Shown piece after piece: positions 1 to 9,409 of a DNA stretch of 64,000 nt; the stretch's first letter is position 1; each line of letters begins with the position of its first letter. The stretch covers positions 558,001-622,000 of the forward strand of contig OZ025662.1 of the NCBI GenBank assembly GCA_964019335.1. Reading direction: 5' to 3'. This stretch comes from Diplonema japonicum. Lineage: Eukaryota; Protista; Euglenozoa: Diplonemea. Under the pieces are notes generated by a model that did no database searches, was not told the origin of the DNA, and saw only the letters and a list, made by a program, of their open reading frames with translations. A program made the position numbers and the translations under genes.

Positions 1-73
1 CAATTTTTTTTTTTTGTGTTCTTCCGTCTTTTCAATTTTTTTTTTCCCCCAGGGCCCAGGGGGGGAGTGAGAA

Positions 74-412
74 ATGCTTAGAAATGCGTTGTGGCGGCAG
101 GTACGATGCAAAGCTGTCCGTCCCGCGGGCTTCATCGATCGCATGGTGAGAAAGGAGGCAAGACTGGACACCGTCTCCGCGCCGAATTCTGTTGAAGATG
201 TCATTGCAGAGCAGGAAAAGGGAGCTGGTCACAGAAATGATCAGCAACGCTTTCCTCTTGTCTTCATTGGGTGTATTCTGCTTGCGTATTTACCTTGGTG
301 GTTGTTCGGATACTCAACAACCGGGGTCCTGATAGAAGGGAACAAAGAAGATACACTTGAGATCCAAAGAGCACGAAAACATCAACGGCCTGGGTTGAGT
401 GAGAGATCCTGA
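74..412 (+). CDS. Small single-TM protein, possibly mitochondrial
   Basis: 112-aa ATG ORF with an Arg-rich N-terminus (MLRNALWRQVRCK) and one hydrophobic segment (FPLVFIGCILLAYLPWWLFGY). Confidence 0.55.
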   Translation: MLRNALWRQVRCKAVRPAGFIDRMVRKEARLDTVSAPNSVEDVIAEQEKGAGHRNDQQRFPLVFIGCILLAYLPWWLFGYSTTGVLIEGNKEDTLEIQRARKHQRPGLSERS

Positions 413-514
413 GAGATCGTGAGAAAAGTACTTTTTTTTTTTTCATTCTTTTTATTTTCCCTGTCCCCCCCAACACGTTTCCAGGAAGAAGGGGGGGCGG
501 GTGTGTGAGGGGGA

Positions 515-898
515 ATGGACGAAAAACGTGTTGTGGTGCTGCTTACAATAGTTGGCATAATAAGTATCATAGCAGCTTCGTATGTACAAAAAAAAAAAAA
601 AAAAAAGAAAACATATAGGAATGAAGTGACAGCCCAAGGCACCCACACGTGGAAGTCGAGTGTCCTGTTCTATCTCGGCCTTGCGTTTCTTCTTCCCATT
701 ACATTTCCCGTCTTTTTGTGTATGTGCTACTTCCCGCTTTGGTGTGCTGGCACTGTTATGCGGCCGTGCTGTGCTGCAGAGGACAGGGACTCGGAGAATG
801 TATCTGACGAGAACACACCCCTCATTGCCTCAGAGCCGTGTGACCACGTACTAGAGGACTACCACCTAACACGTGTGTACAAAAGTGCAACGGACTAG
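515..898 (+). CDS. Small 2-TM, Cys-rich membrane protein; one intron (580-618)
   Basis: The poly-Lys in the ORF lies in a 39-nt GTATGT..poly-A..TAG in-frame intron; two hydrophobic helices and an ENTPLI tail motif. Confidence 0.55.
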   Translation: MDEKRVVVLLTIVGIISIIAASYVQKKKKKKKTYRNEVTAQGTHTWKSSVLFYLGLAFLLPITFPVFLCMCYFPLWCAGTVMRPCCAAEDRDSENVSDENTPLIASEPCDHVLEDYHLTRVYKSATD

Positions 899-1257
899 AT
901 TTTTTTCATTTTCTTTTTTGTTAGGGGGTGGTCCTCAAGTGGGATTCATCGCCTTTTGTTTGTTTTGTTTTTTACACAAAAAAGACCGCGCCATTGTATT
1001 CTCTGTCTCTATCTCTCTCTTTTTTTTTCTCAGGGGGGGATCAAAAGGTGTTACCTTTTGTCTTCCCCTCCTCTCCCTTTCTTTCTTTCTGAGCGGCTCT
1101 TCCGACTTCAAAAAAAAACAAAGAGGGGAAGAAGAAGAAGAGGGAAAAAAAAAAACGCTGGCAACGGGCAAAAAAAAAAGCCCCCTTTTTTTGTCGGGTG
1201 GGTGGGGTGGGGGGGTCTTGAGGATCACTTTTTTTTGTGTTCTTGATAGACTCCAAA

Positions 1258-1320
1258 TTTGTCGCCGGTTCTTTTTCGACACCGCAGGGTTGATCTTCGA
1301 TTAGTTAAGCGACAAGATTT
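1258..1320 (+). ncRNA. Candidate single-hairpin AGA-box (H/ACA-like) pseudouridylation guide RNA
   Basis: Basal stem TGTCGC 1260-1265 / GCGACA 1309-1314; AGA at 1315-1317 plus 3 nt; pocket GGTTC/TTAGT complementary to LSU rRNA ACUAA-UC-GAACC; 14-nt spacing to AGA. Confidence 0.5.
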
Positions 1321-1490
1321 AAGGGGTTTTTTTGATACCCTCCCCCCGGGGTGAGTAAGTAATTTAAAAAAAAAGGATCAAAAGGCACATGACCATTTCT
1401 TCCCCCTCCCTCATTCTTCGAAAGAGAAAAACAAATAATAACAACAACAACAACAACAAAAAGGAACGAAATAATATTTTAAAAAAAAAT

Positions 1491-1778
1491 ATGGGCTTCC
1501 GAGATATCTCAAAGGATGTTCTGGCGTTGGGTGGTATGAGGGAGAGGGGAAACAAATGAGGAGAAAAAAAAAGAGAAAAAAAAACAGTAATTCTTGGTCT
1601 TGGTTCTTCGTATTACACATGGAAGCCCCTGATGGATGACCCTGATGGGTTCCGTAGATCGGCTGCTGAGGCAAAGCAGGAGAGCGATGAGTTGAGAGAA
1701 CGAATTAAATTCAAGCAGGAGCAGATGCAGCTGCAGAAGACACTAGAAGCGGCGCGAAAGAGTGACAAGGATGAGTAG
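1491..1778 (+). CDS. 77-aa two-exon single-TM microprotein (PIGBOS1-like architecture); intron 1534-1587
   Basis: Splicing GTATGA..CAG gives MGFRDISKDVLALGVILGLGSSYYTWKPLMDDPDGFRRSAAEAKQESDELRERIKFKQEQMQLQKTLEAARKSDKDE*; not in the ORF track. Confidence 0.65.
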
Positions 1779-1899
1779 GAACTGCTTTTTTATCTTTTCT
1801 GTTTTTTTTTTTTTTTTTTTTCAACATCGCCTTTCGTTTCCCCCACGTTAACATTTGAATATAAACAGTTATTAAAAAAAAAAAAAAAAAACACACAAA

Positions 1900-2241
1900 A
1901 TGGCCGACGCCCTTTTCGCGAAGATGTCCGCAGCCCTCGGGACCCCTGCTGGTCAGGCTGCGGCGAAGAAGATCAACGAGGTGATCACGTACGAGTTCCC
2001 CGACACCGGTGTGTCGTACGTGATGGACCTGAAGGCGGGGAAGGCGTACAAGGGGAAGCACGACGACCCCGCGTGCACCTTCAAGATGGACGAGAAGGTG
2101 TTCATTGAGCTTTCGGGGGGCAAGGCGGACCCCATGGGCCTCTTCATGGAGGGGAAGATCGAGCTCGACGGGGACACCGACATCGCCATGAAGATCGGCA
2201 AGGTCCTCAAGACCCTCGAGAAGGAGATCGCCTCTGCGTAG
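1900..2241 (+). CDS. SCP2: SCP2 sterol-carrier-domain protein, copy 1
   Basis: SCP2 signature (DPACTFKMDEKVFIELSGGKADPMGLFMEGKIELDGD); strongly C/G-ending codons. Confidence 0.9.
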   Translation: MADALFAKMSAALGTPAGQAAAKKINEVITYEFPDTGVSYVMDLKAGKAYKGKHDDPACTFKMDEKVFIELSGGKADPMGLFMEGKIELDGDTDIAMKIGKVLKTLEKEIASA

Positions 2242-2473
2242 AGCCGTATCCTGACATATTGATTTATACCTTCTTTTTTTCTTCTTCTTTTCCCCATTTC
2301 ACGGCGAAGCTGCTATTTCACGGCTCACGTGTCCTTTTTTTTTTCCTTCCTTTTTTTGTACCGTTTCTTTTATTTCCCCCATTTTTTTTTTCACATGTAG
2401 CAAGACGTCTGCAACTACTAGGTTCAGACTCAACTTACCTAAAAAGAAAAAAAGGAAAAAACGAAAAAAGAAA

Positions 2474-3913
2474 ATGGACGAAGATGCATGGAGCATCCCC
2501 GACTCGGATCAGGGCCAAGAAGCAAAGGAGAAGGAGGAAGTCTCCTCCGCAGAAGAGGAGAACGTAGCGCAAGATGACGCCGGGCGGAGCGAGACCTGGC
2601 GCGCCCATTGGAAATATTTATACGAAACCCTGATAAGAGAAACCCTGGAGGCAAAAACACAAACGGCCACATGGGTCCCAGGCATGTCGTGCAAGGGGGA
2701 CCTCAGAGAAGCAAGGATACTAACGGGCAGCGTGGGCGAACGTAAACAGCACTACCTAACAGGGTACAAGGTGATCCTTCCTTCAAGGGAAGATTTCGAC
2801 TGGAGAATCGACATAAGCGAGACAACAGGCGAGCTTGGCGGATACAATGTAGGCCCAACCATTAAAGTAGAACCAGAGTTCAGGTTGTACCATGAGGGCC
2901 CTGTGTCAGCGATGCGGTTGTGGGCGTGCAACCCGTCCATTATTGTAACGAGATCTGCTGAGAGCAAGAAGGTGATGATTTTCAACAGCGCGAAACAAGA
3001 GTGGGCGAAGAAAAAACCAACGGTCGCGGACAGAACCGCGTTGCAAATCGACGAGACGACCGAAGTCCCACATTTAGCTGCGAAACGCTCGATGGCGGTT
3101 CAGCAGGAAGCCCGCGCTAAAGAATGGAACAACCACACTGGCGAATGCAAGCCCGACCTTATTCTTGAGGGGCTCACCTCTCACGGCGATGCATTGGACG
3201 TGTCAAACTGCGAGGAAGGCATCGTCGCAAGCGGTTCACTCGACGGGACAGTCATGTTATGGAAGCTGAACGACGCAGTTAAAGGCCAACACTCGATCAA
3301 TAGAATGAACATGATGAACCCTTCCGAGGACGAGGTGCGGTTTGTGAAGTTCAACCCGCAGCAAAGCACGATGCTACTAGGAGGCGGTGACAACACCACC
3401 ATGTGGCTTGCAGACTCACGTGGGGCGAAGGCCATGCTTCCTTTAAAACCCAAAACACTTTCAGGTGATTTAAACACCGCAGAATGGAATCTTAACATCC
3501 CGACCATGTTCGCCGTGGGCGACAGCACGGGAGCTGTTTCCATTATCGATATCCGCAGCCCTTCTTCTCCTCTACACCGCCTTGTAGGACACACTTCTGA
3601 CGTGTACTCTGTAGCATGGTGCCCTCACCAGCCGTCTGTCCTCGCGTCTGGTTCCACAGATATGAACGTGTGCCTGTGGGATCTCCGTGGGAGGGACGCG
3701 GGTTGCCACCCTGCATCTGCAGGAGTCGGCTCGGCTCCCCCACCTCCCAAGGAACTGTTCTTCAAGCACGTGGGGCACGTGAACGAAATTGGTTGTATTT
3801 CTTGGATACACGATGAAGAACTGAGGGGCATGATAGCCTCTGTTGACATGGACCCCGAAGAACCCACCCTCCAGATCTGGCGGCCCAGAAACAATTTTTG
3901 GGTTGACTGTTGA
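2474..3913 (+). CDS. RBBP4/MSI1 (CAF-1 p48)-like WD40 histone chaperone
   Basis: YLYE..LE...TATWVP, CKPDLILEG and ELFFKHVGH..I..ISW match RBBP4-family blocks; multiple WD repeats. Confidence 0.8.
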   Translation: MDEDAWSIPDSDQGQEAKEKEEVSSAEEENVAQDDAGRSETWRAHWKYLYETLIRETLEAKTQTATWVPGMSCKGDLREARILTGSVGERKQHYLTGYKVILPSREDFDWRIDISETTGELGGYNVGPTIKVEPEFRLYHEGPVSAMRLWACNPSIIVTRSAESKKVMIFNSAKQEWAKKKPTVADRTALQIDETTEVPHLAAKRSMAVQQEARAKEWNNHTGECKPDLILEGLTSHGDALDVSNCEEGIVASGSLDGTVMLWKLNDAVKGQHSINRMNMMNPSEDEVRFVKFNPQQSTMLLGGGDNTTMWLADSRGAKAMLPLKPKTLSGDLNTAEWNLNIPTMFAVGDSTGAVSIIDIRSPSSPLHRLVGHTSDVYSVAWCPHQPSVLASGSTDMNVCLWDLRGRDAGCHPASAGVGSAPPPPKELFFKHVGHVNEIGCISWIHDEELRGMIASVDMDPEEPTLQIWRPRNNFWVDC

Positions 3914-4128
3914 TCGGCTTTGAACGATGCACCCCCCCCCCCCCCCCCCCGTTATTCATTAGAGTTTTTTATACCCCCTGCCCCTTTCCCCTCTCAATTT
4001 TTGTTTATGACCTTGAAGAAAGAAATATTAGCCCATTGCCCCCCCCCCCTTTTTTTAGTTTTCCCCGTATTTTTTGACGTTGTCTAAACAGCAACTGCTT
4101 CAAAGTAAAGAAGGAAGAAAAAAAATAT

Positions 4129-5505
4129 ATGGATGTGGATGATGATGAGACGCAGGTAACAGAGGGGCTGCAAAAAGCGCTGCTTGCCTTGGGGGGACAA
4201 CCGGTGCCGAGAGAGCCGAAAAACACCGCAGAGGAAACAAGCAGATATTACTCAAGGAACAATAGATTAGAGTGGAACCATGTGATCACAGACGGGTTCT
4301 ACGACCCTGGCAACGGGAGGAAGTTCAAACCTCTAAGCGAGTACAAGGGAACGCTGAGCGAAGAGCAATTCAACAGCGGGGAGAGAGAGGTCATTATAAT
4401 AGACGAAAAGAACGATGAAAGGCTGGCGAAGATAGTGGAGATAGCAAAGTGCATGTCGAGTATGTCCTTTTCGGGAAGCATGGCACAGCTGCTGAAATAC
4501 ATAGCCGGCTTGGCCTTGGGAGGATTTACTGAGAACAAAGACACACTTTCAAGAAATCATTTGATAGGCCGGCCTGTCGTGAGACGCCTGACAGAAATCG
4601 ACTACGGGGTCTGTCGGCACACTAGCATATTGATTAAATACGTAGGCGACAAGTTGGGTATCCCCACGTGGTTGCAGAGGGGACACGAGAACAATGAAAA
4701 GCATTCTTGGTGTGTATGTTTTTTGGACGGAAAGCTTCAAAAAGTCGACATGATGGACGCGATGGACAGGGACACGGAGTGGCCTGTGAAGAATTATAAA
4801 CCAGCGTACCCCTCAAAACCTCCCGGGGATTTCGTCACGAGACTGACCAGCTCTGAAGAAATCGTGAAGGGATATTTCGTCCTCCCAAGCTTCGCTGAGA
4901 AGTCAAGCACGGATTCAGGAGGCATCGAAACCCGGATAGAAATCGGTCGGCTGCAATGCGAAGCGGCAACCACTGTTATGTTAAACACCTCATCGTTCCC
5001 ATGCGTGACTCATATTAGCAAAGTTCAGAACGGGTACGCCGTGGTGGCTAACATGGCGACTACACTACACGAATGGGAGGCAATGCAGATTAAGTCTTCG
5101 ATGATCGACCTTTATGCGCTGCTTCGAAGCCTTGTAACAGCTGTCTATCACATCCACCAAGCAGGCTACGTTCACGGTGGTATTACCGCGCAATCTGTGG
5201 CCGTCATGTCTGTTCCGAACAACGCCCAGGAGGTTGACTCCTATTCACTTATATTCCCTTATGTTGGTGCTTCTTCGTACACTGTCCCAGCCAACGACTG
5301 GGCGGCCGTCGAGGCGCTTTACAGTGGTTATTACAACATCGGAAACGACAACCCCCTCACCGTGATTTTCAACGACGACACGCCCGGTACCAGGTTTGAG
5401 GACTTGCACAGTAACCTTTTGAAGCATTTTAAACACGCGGTGGCCGGCGATGCCAAACGCCTTTATGAATTTGTATTAGAGAACGACACCACTGTGTGTG
5501 ATTGA
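4129..5505 (+). CDS. EDR1-domain protein with degenerate kinase-like C-terminus
   Basis: TDGFYDPG, REVIIID and GVCRHTSILIKYVGDKLGIP..L.RG are EDR1 motifs; C-terminal HQAGYVHGGI resembles a decayed HRD loop. Confidence 0.7.
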   Translation: MDVDDDETQVTEGLQKALLALGGQPVPREPKNTAEETSRYYSRNNRLEWNHVITDGFYDPGNGRKFKPLSEYKGTLSEEQFNSGEREVIIIDEKNDERLAKIVEIAKCMSSMSFSGSMAQLLKYIAGLALGGFTENKDTLSRNHLIGRPVVRRLTEIDYGVCRHTSILIKYVGDKLGIPTWLQRGHENNEKHSWCVCFLDGKLQKVDMMDAMDRDTEWPVKNYKPAYPSKPPGDFVTRLTSSEEIVKGYFVLPSFAEKSSTDSGGIETRIEIGRLQCEAATTVMLNTSSFPCVTHISKVQNGYAVVANMATTLHEWEAMQIKSSMIDLYALLRSLVTAVYHIHQAGYVHGGITAQSVAVMSVPNNAQEVDSYSLIFPYVGASSYTVPANDWAAVEALYSGYYNIGNDNPLTVIFNDDTPGTRFEDLHSNLLKHFKHAVAGDAKRLYEFVLENDTTVCD

Positions 5506-5595
5506 AGACAAGTACCCTTTCTCCTTCTTGACTACTAACGATTCAAATTACCCATATAGGTCTTACATCTTCCCTTTTTTTTTTCAAAACACAAA

Positions 5596-5937
5596 ATGGC
5601 CGACGCCCTTTTCGCGAAGATGTCCGCAGCCCTCGGGACCCCTGCTGGTCAGGCTGCGGCGAAGAAGATCAACGAGGTGATCACGTACGAGTTCCCCGAC
5701 ACCGGTGTGTCGTACGTGATGGACCTGAAGGCGGGGAAGGCGTACAAGGGGAAGCACGACGACCCCGCGTGCACCTTCAAGATGGACGAGAAGGTGTTCA
5801 TTGAGCTTTCGGGGGGCAAGGCGGACCCCATGGGCCTCTTCATGGAGGGGAAGATCGAGCTCGACGGGGACACCGACATCGCCATGAAGATCGGCAAGGT
5901 CCTCAAGGCCCTCGAGAAGGAGATCGCCTCTGCGTGA
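5596..5937 (+). CDS. SCP2: SCP2-domain protein, copy 2
   Basis: Identical to copy 1 except ACC>GCC (T>A) near the C-terminus and a TGA stop. Confidence 0.9.
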   Translation: MADALFAKMSAALGTPAGQAAAKKINEVITYEFPDTGVSYVMDLKAGKAYKGKHDDPACTFKMDEKVFIELSGGKADPMGLFMEGKIELDGDTDIAMKIGKVLKALEKEIASA

Positions 5938-6201
5938 GGAATACGGAGAAACAAACAAGATGTGTGACGTGTTTAACGTGCCAAACCGTGCTAAACCTCC
6001 TGCACCAGGTAGGAGAGGTGGGCTATTTGAGAAGGGTGATGCTGGTATTTTACGGCGCTCCCGTTGATTCATCCCCCCTTCTTTTCTATTCGATTGATTG
6101 CATACAAAGCAATCAATTCCTGAGTCCGTGTACTTACTTGACTTGTTTTTACTACCTTTTCTTTCGTGCATTCTTACATATTTAACCGTATCAAGGCCAA
6201 G

Positions 6202-8088
6202 ATGGAAGAAGTCCCCTCCAAGTGGAGCGTCGACCGAGTGTGCCTATGGCTCGATGGCGGTGGTCTGGGGCAGTTGGCACCAATCTTCATTAAGAACAAG
6301 ATTGACGGTAAGGTGTTGATGTCACTGACGAAGACAGACCTTCGGGATGAGCTGGAGATCGACGCCCTGAGCGACAGAAAGCAGTTGTGGGACAGGTTGG
6401 ACATACTACAGAGGAAGAAGGCTAGCCCTGTATCTGTCCCTGCCATTTCACCAAAGGCAGCTCCTGCAGGCGGCGGGTATCGTTCCGTGTCGCCCATGAA
6501 GGACCTTGACAGGTGCGAGGAGTGCTTCAAGATGTTCGGCGTCGCCGATGTGCCCGTTATCTTCAAGCTCCCTGGTGCGCAGAGAAGCGCGCAGCTCCAC
6601 TCCCGCTGCAAGGACAGCTGGGCAAGACGGAACGCAAAGCCATGCCAGCAGTGCCACAAGCTTATGGTCACAGACATCACCACCCTCACGGGGCCCTTCG
6701 GCAAAGCTGAGCTCCACCCCGAGTGCGTGCGCTCCTTCGAGAACAAGCAGCGCGACCGTGTCCCGTCTTCCTCTACCCCCGTGAACTTCACTACTGGCGG
6801 CCAGGGCGGCAGATGTGAATACTGCATGGCAAAATTCGCTCCTGGCGATACCCCCATCCTTCTGACCCTCCCGGGTGCTCTCAGAGCTGCGGAGCTTCAT
6901 CCTCATTGCAAGCAGCCTTGGGCAAAGATGCACTCGAAGAAATGCGACCAATGCGGCGAGGCCATGCCCACGGACATCACGACGCTGTCGGGTGCCTTCG
7001 GCAAGGCGGAGGTGCACCCCGAATGTGTGGCATCGTATGAAACCTCACTCCAGAACGGCGTGAGACCCTCCTCCTCCAGCCCCAAGCCGTTTGGCTCCGC
7101 ACCGCCGTCGCCCTCTCACACAGCACCCCGTACCAGCCTACCTGCGCCCCCTCAGGGAAAATGTGAGCACTGCTTCCGTCCTTTCGAGTCGTATGACAAG
7201 CCAATCCTGCTGACATTGCCTGGTGCCTCGCGGCATGCTGAGCTGCACCCACACTGCAAGACCCTGTGGAGCAGGGCGCATGCGAAGAAGTGTGATTTCT
7301 GCGGCGAGGCGATGATCACGGACATCACGACGCTGACGGGGGCATGGGGCACCGCGGAGCTGCACCCTGGCTGCGTGAGCGGGTACGAGAAAACGAAGAA
7401 CAACGCGACAAGGAGCAGTGAGCCCGGTATGGACAAGTGCACGTACTGTGGGGTATCCTTCAGGGATGGCGAGACAGCGTCGGTGGTGACACTGCCTGGA
7501 GGGAGCGCCACTGCCAAACTGCATCCATCGTGTAGGAACTCGTGGTCACTGGCGAATGCAAAGAAGTGTGCTCACTGCCGCAGACCGATGCCGACTGACG
7601 TGACTACACTCACCGGTGCCTGGGGGAGCGCAGATGTCCACCCCGACTGTGTGGCGTCCTTCAAGGCTGCAGGGAAGTTCCCTGAAAAGTCTCCCAGCAC
7701 ATCTCCTCAGAAGAGCCAGTGCTACCACTGCCAGAGGCCTTTCTCGGTGAAGGAGCCCATGACAATCTTGGAACTAGCAGGTGTGTGACGTGCTTACCAA
7801 CACGCAATACAGATCTCGAAAAGGAGGTGTACCTGCATGATGGTTGTGTGGAAGGGTGCTATCGTGCTATGGGGCACATCTGTAATTTGTATGTGTTTCA
7901 AAGAGGAGTGTGGTACACATTAAATAGGTGCAACGGTACCATCTCGGGTCGCCAGATCAAGTTAAAGGGTACCTTCGGTGAGGCAATGGTATTTTCTTTT
8001 TTTGGGGGGGGGTTGGGAGGAAAAAAAAATAATACAGCTGCACCCTCACTGCCTGCTTGAGTTCAAAAGGATCAACAACTTAGTCTGA
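6202..8088 (+). CDS. SAM domain plus ten CxxC-x(n)-HxxC putative zinc fingers; introns 7781-7812, 7889-7927, 7989-8037
   Basis: WSVDRVCLWL..IDGKVLMSLTKTDLRDELEI is a SAM domain; splicing completes the 5th finger pair (CYHC..LHDGC, CNLC..LHPHC). Confidence 0.85.
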
Positions 8089-8799
8089 GTCTAATGCTGG
8101 AAACAGAATAGAATAAACCTGTGTATAGGTGACCGTGATGCCGCCAGTTGAGTAAAGAAAAACAAAGAAATAAAACGAAAAACGAAAGAAATATTTTTTT
8201 TTTTTTTTCGCGCCTTTATTTTTCAATAAGTTGCTCGGTTTGCTTTTTTTTTTTTTCTTTTTTATGTGTGTGTGGAGATGTAAAGGTGTCGAGAGACCCT
8301 GTGAAGTCATTAACAGATAAACAAAAAAAAAAAACAATAAAGTGTAGTAACGAGAGAAAGAAAATAAAAAGCGAGACATGACCGCCAATTCCCATATTAG
8401 TCCTTCGCTTACGGAGCATAAAGAGATTGGGGCGAATATCCAGTTGGGGGAAAATAAAATAAGGCAGAAAGGACAGGCGCTTTGAGTATCTCTTTTCTTT
8501 TTTTTCTCTCTCTTTCTCTCTCTCTCCGCCCCCCCGTTCTTTACTATGTCCTTTCAATCAAGGGGGTGCAAAATGGGAGTGAAAACAAGCATGAAGATTA
8601 TTTCTATCCCTCCCGTTAGACCACCCTTTCCCCTTGGTTTTTTTTTTTTTTTCCCTTCTTTTTTCCATTTTTCTTTTTCATTCCCTTTCTCTCCCTCTCT
8701 CCCTTCCCCTAAACGTTTTTATCTTAAATCTTGATCTGAAGCGTCCCCCCCCACCTTTATTCATTTTTTTTTTTCCTCTTTCCTCTTTTCTCCTTCACC

Positions 8800-9355
8800 G
8801 ACCAAGTTGCAAGCATCCCATTGCCCCGAAACTCTGTCTGCACTGCAGGCTTGAGGAGTTCTCACAAGGCTGTCGTGTAGTCCTCTAAGCCGTCTTCAGT
8901 CCTAGGGAAGGGGAGTGCTGAAAGGAGGCCCCACGGGCAGCATCCCCCATGCGCTGCAGTAAAGCCGCCAGATATGGGCTTTCTCCTCAGCAGGTGCTTG
9001 AACGGCGTGGAGCATGTCGAGGGCACGGACGAGTCCCGATGTCATAACGGCGTCAAAAGGTTGGAAGGAGGAGGCTTTCTTGCTGAGTGCTGACAATGAA
9101 TTCAGCTTTGGTAATTGCACTCAACATTCCGCCTGAGAACAGAAAGGCCTCTGTTGTTGCTTGCACGCTCAAGGGACCCACTAAAAGTGTTCTTTCTATC
9201 GTCAACCAAGAGATCAGACTGGTCAACGTCTTATCGGCGCCCGGAGCTGCACGCCATACGCATAGTGCTCATTTAGAAATATGACTGATTTCAGGGGGTC
9301 CAAAGGGTAACCCATCGACTCGTAGTATGCTGAGAGGTTTGCCGCAAGGTGCTTG
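8800..9355 (-). mobile_element. Possible decayed non-LTR reverse-transcriptase fragment
   Basis: GC-balanced island with no intact ORF; minus-strand pieces LSAYYESMGYPLDPLKSVIF and HYAYGVQL resemble RT GLxIN..KS and YKYLG motifs; stops and frameshifts. Confidence 0.3.
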
Positions 9356-9409
9356 GCAGCAGAATTTAAAAAAAAGGAGGGGGGGGGGGGGGGGGGGGGG
9401 GGAACAACC

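Noticed and set aside
873-1304. Poly-Phe/poly-Lys ORFs in spacers (also 23542-24093, 38058-38501, 44723-45231 and others)
   Set aside because: Homopolymer runs lack stop codons; no coding signal
2239-2265. Stop-codon readthrough giving SCP2 a peroxisomal PTS1
   Set aside because: The extensions read after the copy 1 and copy 2 stops do not end in an SKL-like tripeptide
2397-2450. Second AGA-hairpin candidate (GTCTG/CAGAC stem)
   Set aside because: Basal stem only 4 bp, AGA lies inside an A-run, and no rRNA target recognised
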